Below are positions 18,314-26,698 of a stretch of 32,171 bases of DNA, in pieces; position 1 is the stretch's first letter, and each line of letters begins with the position of its first letter. The stretch covers positions 1 to 32,171 of the forward strand of contig CAUJEF010000079.1 in assembly GCA_963169515.1 (NCBI GenBank), written 5' to 3'. The DNA comes from Bdellovibrionota bacterium (GTDB taxonomy: Bacteria > Bdellovibrionota > Bdellovibrionia > Bdellovibrionales > JAEYZS01). The notes below the pieces were generated by a model, which ran no database searches, was not told the origin of the DNA, and saw only the letters and a program-made list of their open reading frames with translations. The position numbers and the translations under genes were made by a program.

Positions 18314-18330
18314 TTGGCTTACCTTATGCA
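18314..18330 (+). promoter_or_regulatory. Putative sigma54 promoter of the three-lipoprotein operon
   Basis: TTGGCTTACCTTATGCA; GG(18316-17)-N10-GC(18328-29). Confidence 0.5.
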
Positions 18331-18353
18331 AATTATAGTTGGTTGGGGGGCCT

Positions 18354-19556
18354 ATGAAAAGGGAACAACTTGTATATATCACTTTGATACTTGCGCTTAC
18401 GGTATTGTTTAACAACTGCGGCGAAGGGTTCAAATCTATTAAGGGATTTAGCCAGCAGTCTTCTGCTGGCATATCTCCAACACCGCCCCCTGTGCCTCCA
18501 ACGGTAACCCCGGGACCGCCAACACCGACTCCTGTGCCTCCGACAGCAACTCCAAGACCCCCAACGCCGACGAGCACCCCAATTGTGGACCCACCACCAT
18601 CGGATTTTTCGACTCGATGTGCAGATCCTAATGTCATTCGTTGCCATGGTTTTGAGGCGGGAACGCGTTTTAATATTTATCGTGGGGAATATTCTTTAAA
18701 TTATACGCACGATTATATTCCAGGAAACGGTGGCAGGGTTGGAATGCAGTTAGATAATTCAATAAGTGCATCTGGGCTATCTTCATTGCGAGCAGATTAT
18801 GTATCTAACAGCGGATCGGATGTTGCGGGCGCGTTTGTAGTTCGATTCAGTGATGATGGAAGGACCCAGTTGGGATTAAATGAAGAATTTTATGTTCAAT
18901 ATCGCGAACGGTTTAGCCCAGAAGTTCTGCGTGGGTTTAACAGTGATAAATATGCCTATTCAACATGGAAACAATCAATTATCGGCGCGGGCGATGAATT
19001 GACCAATGGGCAACCATCAAAGGTCAGTTGGTCTTGCACAGTTCTGGAGATGGTTCTGCAATCTTATGCTATAAATCGTTCCGATGGCCAGAAAGTATAT
19101 CCAGGATTTTATCATAATTGCGGTTACTATTTTGGAATGGATTATTGGCATCCTCAGGGCAATCAAGTGGCGCTACAACATCAAGGGCCGCCGTATTGCT
19201 TATACCCGAACGATCCGCAAAAAGGTTGTTTTTTATACCAACCCAATGAATGGATGACATTTCAAGTGCACATTAAAATCGGCAGTCGTTGGGCGCGAGA
19301 TAACAATGATCAAGTTCCTGGATCCAGAGTAGAGGTCTGGGCGGCTCGGGAAAAGCAACCGAGTGTAAAAATATATGATTCTAATAATAGTCATCCGACC
19401 GGCTTTCCAATCATAGGCGATGGGGTTGTGAAGTATGGGAAGGTTTGGCTTACTCCGTATACTTCATACAAAAACTCAAGCGAAACCCATGCGCCAGGCT
19501 TTATGTGGTACGATGATTTGATTATTTCTCGCGGTAAAATCGCAGACCCGAAATAA
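18354..19556 (+). CDS. LFNNCG lipoprotein, Pro/Thr stalk, type-A head
   Basis: [16 protein letters not shown] nearly identical to the 15534 gene; head shares FYVQ.R, R.EVWAA.E and D..I.S...I..P motifs with it. Start moved to ATG 18354. Confidence 0.8.
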   Translation: MKREQLVYITLILALTVLFNNCGEGFKSIKGFSQQSSAGISPTPPPVPPTVTPGPPTPTPVPPTATPRPPTPTSTPIVDPPPSDFSTRCADPNVIRCHGFEAGTRFNIYRGEYSLNYTHDYIPGNGGRVGMQLDNSISASGLSSLRADYVSNSGSDVAGAFVVRFSDDGRTQLGLNEEFYVQYRERFSPEVLRGFNSDKYAYSTWKQSIIGAGDELTNGQPSKVSWSCTVLEMVLQSYAINRSDGQKVYPGFYHNCGYYFGMDYWHPQGNQVALQHQGPPYCLYPNDPQKGCFLYQPNEWMTFQVHIKIGSRWARDNNDQVPGSRVEVWAAREKQPSVKIYDSNNSHPTGFPIIGDGVVKYGKVWLTPYTSYKNSSETHAPGFMWYDDLIISRGKIADPK

Positions 19557-19558
19557 TT

Positions 19559-20857
19559 ATGAGCCTCAAGAAATATACAGGAAGGCAGATTACAAATGCG
19601 ATTGCTGTTACAGCACTTGTACTGCTGTTTAATAACTGTGGTAAGGGATTCCAGGCTGTGAAGTTTGATGATCAGGGCTCGGCAGGGTTGTCGACTCCAT
19701 CGCCGATACTATCTCCGTTGCCAATACCGACTCCATCACCGACCCCACGTCCGAGTTCAACTCCGCGCCTTCCAACGCCAACTCCTGTTCCTCCAACGGA
19801 AACCCCACGACCACCAACACCAACCCCAGGGCCGTCCCCAACATCAGGAAATTCAATTGAACAATTGGCAGCTAAAATGCTTGTTGGTCAATGGGCGGAA
19901 CTTACAAATATGGCGGGATGGGATAATGGCAGTATTTTGGTTCCATATGAATTCGGTTGCAACCCGAGTGACTATATTACCCAGTATTCTGAAAAAGCGG
20001 CATGGGATCCAATTTCAAAAAGAATGTTGTTCATTGGACAGAGCCACGGATCCTGCTACGGTGGACTCTTTGTCATTTATTCAGCGGATACCAATTCATG
20101 GTCAAAAGCTCAGTATCCACCTGTTCCTTGTCAGAGTGGAACGAGTACAAATCCTTGCTTTTCGCACGGTTACTCGCATAGCACAGTCGATCCAAATACG
20201 GGTGCATATTATTATCGACACTATGGCTCTCTTGACGTGTACAAATTCTATAATGGTGCATGGAGTATGTTGCCTAAAATCCCTGCGGAAAGCTCAACGT
20301 GTTGTGGGGCTATTGAATTTTTCCCAGATATGAAACGTCTTGTTTTTATGGACGCAGATTGGGGGGTATGGGCTTACGATCCAGTCACAAACAAATGGGT
20401 GCAGCTTGCAAATACAAGTGTCGACGCCGTTCCAGGCTTGCCGCGTGTGCCGATAGCACAGTCAAGCGGATCGCTCTTTGCCCGGTATAATCCGGTAAAA
20501 AAAGAGATGTTGTTGGGTGGTGGCGATAAGCTCGTCGCGCTGAATATGAATGGAGCATTCGCGGCGGGAGCAAACCCAATGGGAATTCGGCTGGGTGCCT
20601 CTGTTGCGGTCGTAGACGTTGATCCCATCAGTGGGAAATATCTGGTCCTATCTCAAGATCGACCGAATATGTACGAATACGACAGTGGCAATGACGCGTG
20701 GACAACTCTTGGGACTGCCGTTCCATCGAGCTTGCGTGCGCTCACGGGCTACGGTGATGGGCTCATCTCTGCGACGCTCACAAATTATGGTGTAAATATG
20801 TATACGAAATATAATTACACTGGGTCTAAGGTTTATCTCTATAAACATAGTAAGTAG
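19559..20857 (+). CDS. LFNNCG lipoprotein, Pro/Thr stalk, type-B head (probable Kelch-like beta-propeller)
   Basis: LLFNNCG; PT linker; recurring YD/YS...NxW blade ends; WDPISKR; ends VYLYKHSK. Confidence 0.8.
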   Translation: MSLKKYTGRQITNAIAVTALVLLFNNCGKGFQAVKFDDQGSAGLSTPSPILSPLPIPTPSPTPRPSSTPRLPTPTPVPPTETPRPPTPTPGPSPTSGNSIEQLAAKMLVGQWAELTNMAGWDNGSILVPYEFGCNPSDYITQYSEKAAWDPISKRMLFIGQSHGSCYGGLFVIYSADTNSWSKAQYPPVPCQSGTSTNPCFSHGYSHSTVDPNTGAYYYRHYGSLDVYKFYNGAWSMLPKIPAESSTCCGAIEFFPDMKRLVFMDADWGVWAYDPVTNKWVQLANTSVDAVPGLPRVPIAQSSGSLFARYNPVKKEMLLGGGDKLVALNMNGAFAAGANPMGIRLGASVAVVDVDPISGKYLVLSQDRPNMYEYDSGNDAWTTLGTAVPSSLRALTGYGDGLISATLTNYGVNMYTKYNYTGSKVYLYKHSK

Positions 20858-20868
20858 TGATTAGGAAT

Positions 20869-22062
20869 ATGGCTACAAAAACGAAAATATTGCAATTTGG
20901 AATCGTAGGCGCGTTGGTTCTTCTTTTCAATAATTGTGGTCAGGAATTTAAGTCGATCCATTTTCAAGACTTGGGTTCTGGCGTTCAATCGACGGCAACA
21001 CCATCTCCAACCCCAACCCCAACCCCTGTGCCAAGTACTCCTCGCCCAACTCCTTCTATAACACCGATTCCGCCTTCTCCAGTCCCTGGGGAAACTCTCG
21101 GGGAAATAGCATCCAAAATGGCGGGTGGAACTTGGGCGAAGATCCCAAATCCACGGAATATGGTGGACGTTTTTGCTCACGGTGGACATACTGGTAACCT
21201 TCTCCCTTATGCAATGAACGGGGTTTGGGATCCAATTTCAAAGCGCTTCCATTTTTTAGGTGGCGATCACGGGGAACCGAGTTCTCGTCATGTTTATTAT
21301 GATGAACCTAGTAATTCGTGGGTTGATCTGGGCTTCACCGGGTTTGGTGGGGTTCATGGATATAATCATCTTGCAATCGATACAGCAAATCGGCAAATGT
21401 ATTTCAATCCTTACGGATATATGGATAACGGAACATATGTACATCGTTATTCATTGGTAACTCAAGGGCCATGGGTATCGCTGGGACAGTACCCAGCAAC
21501 CGGTTATGTCAACGTCACTCATGGGGTAAGTTGGTTTGATAAAATGGATGGTGCGGGCCCAACTGGTGCGCTTGTTATTTACAATTGTGGTGAACCAAAT
21601 GGTGAGCTTTCTCTGTATGACCCTACAAGTAACAAGTGGTTTGCCAACGTCAAAGGTTTTGGTGGTGAGTCTACATACCATTGCTATATGCATTACAGTA
21701 AAGTGCACAATGTCGCAATTATGGGTGGTGGAAGCAATAGTAAAAAGGTTTGGCGCCTAAATCCAGACAGGTCGGTCACTGCAATAGCAGATCCACCCAT
21801 CGACCTTGGTATACAGGATGGCAACGTGAGCCATGACCCTGTCAGCGGTAATTTTCTTGCAATGGGATATGGGCAACTGTGGGAACTTGATCCTCGAGGT
21901 TCGGGTAAATGGACACAACAAACAGGCCCGCCAGCAGAAGTCGGAAATCCAGGGTCACCAAACTTAAATGGTGTAATCAGCTCGCCGATTTCAAATTACG
22001 GAGTCACGTTGTATGTTACTTGTAGGGCCACCAACTGCAATATGTATATTTACAAACACTAA
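20869..22062 (+). CDS. LFNNCG lipoprotein, Pro/Thr stalk, type-B head
   Basis: LLFNNCG; PT linker; WDPISKR, HGYNH, DPVSG, NYGV and YIYKH shared with the previous gene. Start moved to ATG 20869. Confidence 0.8.
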   Translation: MATKTKILQFGIVGALVLLFNNCGQEFKSIHFQDLGSGVQSTATPSPTPTPTPVPSTPRPTPSITPIPPSPVPGETLGEIASKMAGGTWAKIPNPRNMVDVFAHGGHTGNLLPYAMNGVWDPISKRFHFLGGDHGEPSSRHVYYDEPSNSWVDLGFTGFGGVHGYNHLAIDTANRQMYFNPYGYMDNGTYVHRYSLVTQGPWVSLGQYPATGYVNVTHGVSWFDKMDGAGPTGALVIYNCGEPNGELSLYDPTSNKWFANVKGFGGESTYHCYMHYSKVHNVAIMGGGSNSKKVWRLNPDRSVTAIADPPIDLGIQDGNVSHDPVSGNFLAMGYGQLWELDPRGSGKWTQQTGPPAEVGNPGSPNLNGVISSPISNYGVTLYVTCRATNCNMYIYKH

Positions 22063-22070
22063 AGATCTCT

Positions 22071-22598
22071 TTAGTCGGAAGCATAAGCTTGTTTTTTTGT
22101 TAGGTAGAATTTGATTGCAGATCGGATAATTTCTGCCTCAGAAGTTTTGTATTTTTCTTTAAGTTGCGCGAGTGTTTTTAAATCATCTAGATTAAAACGA
22201 TAGGTCTTAATGATACTTGGTGTTTTTCCTTTGTGGCCAATTTTGTCTATCCACAGCATATACTTTTCAACCGGGACCCCTCGAAATGGATCTTTTGCCC
22301 GCCCACGACGAATGGCATAAAGAATGTTTTCAAGATCTTCGGGCAGATTCTTTTTCTTAAGAAAATTGGGCTTTTTTAAGATAACTGCAGGAAGGACCTC
22401 TAGCAGGCGAGGCTCTATTTCCGAGGCCCACAGGACGTCATCTACGGTAACCGGTCCATGATAATGTCTGGCGTAGTTACTCCCTATTATTCCTGCGCCA
22501 ACAAATTTACCAATAACTTTTTTGTATCGCAGGTCTTCTTCCTTTTGTTTTAAGCGAGCATACTTTTTCTGTGCCAGTTTGATCAATTCTTCATTCAC
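22071..22598 (-). CDS. Hypothetical protein with C-terminal ribbon-helix-helix, putative antitoxin or regulator
   Basis: C-terminal KTYRF-NLDDLKTLAQLKEKYKT-SEAEIIRSAIKFYL CopG-like pattern; 8-nt overlap with the upstream gene. Confidence 0.65.
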   Translation of the reverse strand: MNEELIKLAQKKYARLKQKEEDLRYKKVIGKFVGAGIIGSNYARHYHGPVTVDDVLWASEIEPRLLEVLPAVILKKPNFLKKKNLPEDLENILYAIRRGRAKDPFRGVPVEKYMLWIDKIGHKGKTPSIIKTYRFNLDDLKTLAQLKEKYKTSEAEIIRSAIKFYLTKKQAYASD

Positions 22599-23073
22599 TG
22601 ATAAACCCCTTTAAATCGAGACGATATTTTTTTGCCAGGGCAAGAAACTTCTTTGAAGGTTTTTTTGATAAGTATTCTAAAATGAGCATTTTGTTCTTTG
22701 GAAAGGCTTTTAGCGCTTTCGATAGCAGTACGTATTCAGGTTCTGCAACGAAGCCGTCAACATTATGACCATAAAAAATCTGCTTGTATTTTGTTTCTTT
22801 TGGCATCCAAACCTCGTTTGAATGTGGATCTAAATGCTTATTTTCATAAGAAAGAAGTTCGTCGAACTTCTTTCTTATCCAGTGTACTCCATCTATATAA
22901 GCATCCACGTCGTTGGTTGCATTGAGCTTCAAATCAATATTAGCCTCAAGCAGCGCCGTTTGACCTAATATCTTCACGGTGGCCTTTTTAAGTGTTGCAA
23001 ATCCCTCAATAAGAGCTTCCTGATTATATTTTGAAACCTCTATGTCTAACCTTTTTAGGATTCTTACTATCAC
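22591..23073 (-). CDS. Nucleotidyltransferase-fold protein (DUF6036-like), putative toxin
   Basis: VKILGQTALL...ATNDVDAY (G-x-A-L plus T.DxD) and PEYVLLSKA; GTG start. Confidence 0.7.
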   Translation of the reverse strand: MIVRILKRLDIEVSKYNQEALIEGFATLKKATVKILGQTALLEANIDLKLNATNDVDAYIDGVHWIRKKFDELLSYENKHLDPHSNEVWMPKETKYKQIFYGHNVDGFVAEPEYVLLSKALKAFPKNKMLILEYLSKKPSKKFLALAKKYRLDLKGFISE

Positions 23074-23080
23074 AACGTTG

Positions 23081-23109
23081 AGTATATACTAATATATATA
23101 TTTTGTAAA
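23081..23109 (-). promoter_or_regulatory. sigma70-type leaderless promoter with palindromic AT boxes
   Basis: Minus strand TTTACA-17nt-TATACT-7nt-GTG; palindrome AGTATATACT (23081-90) and TTTTGTA-AA-TACAAAA (23101-16). Confidence 0.6.
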
Positions 23110-23185
23110 TACAAAATTACTGTAAATTTACATGGCAGCTAATCGTCCTTTACTTTTAGGCGGTCTAGCTGTTTAATATCAGCGT

Positions 23186-23923
23186 ATGCGAGCCAATGCT
23201 GATATTACATTGCCAGCCTTTTTGTCAAAAAACAGAATTCAGAGGATTGTTATTCTTTCACCACATATGGACGATGCTGTTTTATCGTGTGGTGGTTTGA
23301 TGGATCAATTTTCAAAAAAAATTCCGATGGTTATAGTTACTTTTGCTACGAAAGATCCAGGAAAAATCAATCGAAATGAATCTCAGTTTTTAACAGAGGT
23401 CGACCTTGCGCCACCCAAACAGCGAATTCTAGAGGAAAAAAGAGCGCTGAGCTCGCTGGGCATTTCGCTGAAATCCCTGGGATTCATAGACGGTGTTTAT
23501 AGAAGGGGAACTAATAAAAAACTGCTTTACCCAAAGCAATTGTTTGGTTACAAATCCGTTCCCAAGCGGGATGCGGATACGCTGGCTAGGCTCGTTCAAA
23601 TCTTGAGAAAAAAAATTAGAAAATCAGATTTATTGCTTTACCCCCTGGGTATAGGTGGGCATGTGGATCATGTTTTGTGTAAATTAGCGGCAAAGAAACT
23701 AAAAGGGATTAAAAAATTGGGCTACGAAGATTTCCCATATTTAGCTTTGCATAAGGTTCCAGTTCCAAAGAGAGCGATTAAGCTTAATTATTCGTTAAAG
23801 AACAAAGTGAAGTTAATAAAATTTTACAAAAGCCAAATCAAAATGCTTTTCAAAAATTCTGAGAACATCCCGCGTATGCTTCTCCAGCGTACAAAATCCG
23901 CCACAGAATTCTACGTTAAATAA
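23186..23923 (+). CDS. PIG-L/LmbE family deacetylase
   Basis: LSPHMDDAVLSCGG, R..EE..A, GGHVDH, YEDFPY, YKSQI. Confidence 0.9.
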   Translation: MRANADITLPAFLSKNRIQRIVILSPHMDDAVLSCGGLMDQFSKKIPMVIVTFATKDPGKINRNESQFLTEVDLAPPKQRILEEKRALSSLGISLKSLGFIDGVYRRGTNKKLLYPKQLFGYKSVPKRDADTLARLVQILRKKIRKSDLLLYPLGIGGHVDHVLCKLAAKKLKGIKKLGYEDFPYLALHKVPVPKRAIKLNYSLKNKVKLIKFYKSQIKMLFKNSENIPRMLLQRTKSATEFYVK

Positions 23924-23952
23924 AAAACGCGGAAATTTGCCCCAAAGTTGTA

Positions 23953-23968
23953 CGGCATATCCGTTGCA
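23953..23968 (+). promoter_or_regulatory. Putative sigma54 promoter
   Basis: CGGCATATCCGTTGCA; GG(23954-55)-N10-GC(23966-67). Confidence 0.65.
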
Positions 23969-23996
23969 AATTTTAGTGACATAAAAATAGGAATCA

Positions 23997-25139
23997 ATGG
24001 ACAGCATAGAAATTAAAAATGTAGGAGCTACTCGCGTACATACAAAAGGTGTGGCCAGAAAACTGTATTTTGATTCCAAAGCTTTTACAGCAGATATGCT
24101 TCATGACATTGACCGTTGTGTTTCTAGCATTGATATCGAAATGTACATTTGGGCAGCAGATTCATTTGCTCAAGTTCTCGAGCGGCGTCTCATTGAAGCG
24201 CGCCACCGTGGCGTTCGTGTGCGGATACTTGTCGACGGAATTGGTTCATACGATTGGATTCAAAGCGGGAAGGGAAATCTTGTGAAACATGGCGTGACCA
24301 TTAGGGTTTTCAATCCTGTTCCCAAGCTAAGTGCGTTCATAAACCTTCCTCAAAAAGTTTTAAATATATGGGGGTTGGTAAATCGACGAAACCACAGAAA
24401 ACTAGTCATAATCGATGGCCAAATTTGTTATATGGGAAGTTCTAATGTTATGAGTGAAGCAGTAAAATGGCGTGAAAATGGTCTTCGGATTACGGGTGTT
24501 CTTGTTAACCAAATATGTGAACTGCATTTTGATGTTTGGAAAAAGTCAGAAAACTTTTTCAATCAAAAGATAAATGAAAAGCTAAGTGTGGTGAATTTAA
24601 TGCAAGAAAATAAGCTGATGTTTACAACACAGTATTCCGTGATGCGCAAAAACTATCGTGCTTATTTTTACTCTCTAATTTCAAATGCAAAAAATCGAAT
24701 TTGGCTAATGACTCCCTATTTTAATCCACCCAGAGGCCTGCTAAACTTGCTCATAAAAGCTGCGGCTCGAGGTATTGACGTTCGAATTGTATTGCCCATG
24801 CTTACGGATGTTCCCGTTTCAAAATGGTTGGCACAACGCCATTACTTGGAATTAATAAATAATGGGATAAAACTTTTTGAGTATCAGCCACGTATTTTAC
24901 ACGCAAAGGGTACGTTGATCGACAACATCTCAATGGTCGGATCAGGAAATTTAAACCATCGCAGTTTTTTTAAGGACATTGAGCTTAATGTTGTGCTCGA
25001 CGAGGCAGACACATCAACTTTTGAAACGCAGTTTTACATAGACTTTAGAAATTCAAAGCGGATTCTTGTTCCAACAAAAATCGCATTTTGGAAAAAGATT
25101 ATCGCTTCAATTTTGTCGTTTTTTAAAGATTCGTTTTAG
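23997..25139 (+). CDS. Cardiolipin synthase, ClsB-like (phospholipase D family, no N-terminal TM)
   Basis: Two HKD motifs, RNHRKLVIID and LHAKGTLID; VDGIGS; TPYF.P; GSGNL; adjacent to a YbhP-like gene. Confidence 0.88.
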   Translation: MDSIEIKNVGATRVHTKGVARKLYFDSKAFTADMLHDIDRCVSSIDIEMYIWAADSFAQVLERRLIEARHRGVRVRILVDGIGSYDWIQSGKGNLVKHGVTIRVFNPVPKLSAFINLPQKVLNIWGLVNRRNHRKLVIIDGQICYMGSSNVMSEAVKWRENGLRITGVLVNQICELHFDVWKKSENFFNQKINEKLSVVNLMQENKLMFTTQYSVMRKNYRAYFYSLISNAKNRIWLMTPYFNPPRGLLNLLIKAAARGIDVRIVLPMLTDVPVSKWLAQRHYLELINNGIKLFEYQPRILHAKGTLIDNISMVGSGNLNHRSFFKDIELNVVLDEADTSTFETQFYIDFRNSKRILVPTKIAFWKKIIASILSFFKDSF

Positions 25140-25148
25140 GGAGCGCAT

Positions 25149-25856
25149 CTGAAAGTTCTGAGCTACAACATACACAAAGGGCGAGCCTTTTTTTCTCGGC
25201 GAAAATCATGGCATATCCTAGAGGGTCTATTGACTCGCATACAACCCGACCTTGTTTTTTTGCAAGAATTTTTCAGAGAGCCAGAGACAGAGGAGCTTCT
25301 TGAAAAATTAGCCGATCATCTTTGGCCACACCATTCTTATGGAAAAAATGCTGTGAGCGGGGATTATCACTATGGCAATGCTATTTTGTCTCGCTTTCCG
25401 ATTGAGGAAACAAAAAACTTTAATATTTCGACGAGCGCCTATGAAAGTAGAGGAATTTTGTATGCCCGAATTCATTTCCTCGATATGCCCATCAATCTTT
25501 TTTGTACCCATTTGGATTTGACCGAATCTGGTCGGATGCGACAAGTTGTTAAAATCGATAAGGTCGTTTCATCAATATGTCCGCGTAGCGATCCACTTAT
25601 CCTTGCAGGCGATTTTAATGATTGGAATAACCGATTGTACGGTCACTTTAAGCAGCATTTAGATCTTGAAGACGCGCTTCACGCTACAAAAGGGTTTTTG
25701 GTCCCCACATTTCCAAGCGTTTTCCCGCTATTTTCTTTTGATAAAATTTATTCGCGCCATTTTGAAGTCATTAATGGGGATCGAATTTTTGATAATTCGC
25801 TTCGCTACCAATCGGATCATCTGCCTATTATCACTGAACTTAAGCTTAAGAGATAA
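25149..25856 (+). CDS. Endonuclease/exonuclease/phosphatase (YbhP-like), probable CTG start
   Basis: Frame extends upstream of the called TTG 25230 to CTG 25149, giving LKVLSYNIHKG; DLVFLQE, GNAILSRFP, THL, AGDFNDW, SDHLP. Confidence 0.85.
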   Translation: MKVLSYNIHKGRAFFSRRKSWHILEGLLTRIQPDLVFLQEFFREPETEELLEKLADHLWPHHSYGKNAVSGDYHYGNAILSRFPIEETKNFNISTSAYESRGILYARIHFLDMPINLFCTHLDLTESGRMRQVVKIDKVVSSICPRSDPLILAGDFNDWNNRLYGHFKQHLDLEDALHATKGFLVPTFPSVFPLFSFDKIYSRHFEVINGDRIFDNSLRYQSDHLPIITELKLKR

Positions 25857-25918
25857 AAACTGGTCCACTTGTATATTGGTAAAGAAAGGATCGAAGGCAT
25901 CTAACTTATTAAAAAAAA

Positions 25919-26230
25919 TTAAGATGCCTTTTTTCTTTTATATTTCTTAGGCTTTACTTGGAGCTCTAAGCCTAAGCTTTCCGCAATCTGCGTAACTATT
26001 TCGAAGCTTGGGTTCCCATCTTTATCAAAAACCTTATACAGTGTTCTACGATTGATCCCAGTTTCATCAGCCAATTTTGAAATGCCGTGAGCTTTGGCGA
26101 CATCACCAAGAGCAACGGGCAGAAACGAAAGATCATTATCAATAATTGCAGAAGTAATATAAGCCGATGCGAACTCGGGATCGCGAAGTTTCGCCATCAA
26201 ATCTGATCCGAATGAAGCTTGCTTTTTCAT
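25919..26230 (-). CDS. Addiction-module antidote protein (HI1420-like HTH antitoxin)
   Basis: ALGDVAKAHGISKLADETGINRRTLYKVFDKDGNPSF; ATGA overlap with the toxin gene. Confidence 0.88.
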   Translation of the reverse strand: MKKQASFGSDLMAKLRDPEFASAYITSAIIDNDLSFLPVALGDVAKAHGISKLADETGINRRTLYKVFDKDGNPSFEIVTQIAESLGLELQVKPKKYKRKKAS

Positions 26231-26562
26231 GTATTGTCTTCCTTCCACACTAGCCAGTAGGCTTGTGCTTTTTTAATATCCGTTTTCTGACTTCCCTTAT
26301 CGCCACCCATTAAAATTAAAATCAGTTTATCTTGGTGGACGCCATAATAAATGCGATAGCCGGCGCCATAGTTAATCTTCAATTCAAAAACACCGCCACC
26401 AACGCTGCGGGTATTACCAAACTGTCCCAAGCCAGCTTGACGAATACGCTTAAAAAGAATTGCTTGGGTTAGCTTGTCCTTAATGGACATAAGCCAGTCT
26501 CTTGCGGGCTGCTTACCTGATGGTGCTGTATAGTAATCGACCTGACGCTGCTTAATCTTCAC
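26227..26562 (-). CDS. RelE/ParE-family toxin (HI1419-like killer protein)
   Basis: GQFGNTRSVGGGVFELKINYGAGYRIYY...LILILMGGDKGSQKTDIKKA; GTG start. Confidence 0.9.
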   Translation of the reverse strand: MKIKQRQVDYYTAPSGKQPARDWLMSIKDKLTQAILFKRIRQAGLGQFGNTRSVGGGVFELKINYGAGYRIYYGVHQDKLILILMGGDKGSQKTDIKKAQAYWLVWKEDNT

Positions 26563-26568
26563 TCAGAC

Positions 26569-26597
26569 AGTGTGCCATATAGGGCACACTATGTCAA
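26569..26597 (-). promoter_or_regulatory. TA promoter with palindromic operator (leaderless)
   Basis: Minus strand TTGACA-17nt-CACACT-6nt-GTG; operator AGTGTGCCATATAGGGCACACT (26569-90) is a near-perfect palindrome. Confidence 0.75.
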
Positions 26598-26610
26598 GAC
26601 CTAGTAAGCC

Positions 26611-26694
26611 TAAAAGCTAATGGAATGAACCCGTCCTTTTGTTTAACCGACAAAGCGGTTAAACAAAAGGACGGGTTCATTCCATTAGCTTTTA
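26611..26694. repeat. Perfect inverted repeat, 39-bp arms and 6-nt loop
   Basis: TAAAAGCTAATGGAATGAACCCGTCCTTTTGTTTAACCG-ACAAAG-exact reverse complement. Confidence 0.95.
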
Positions 26695-26698
26695 CCTA

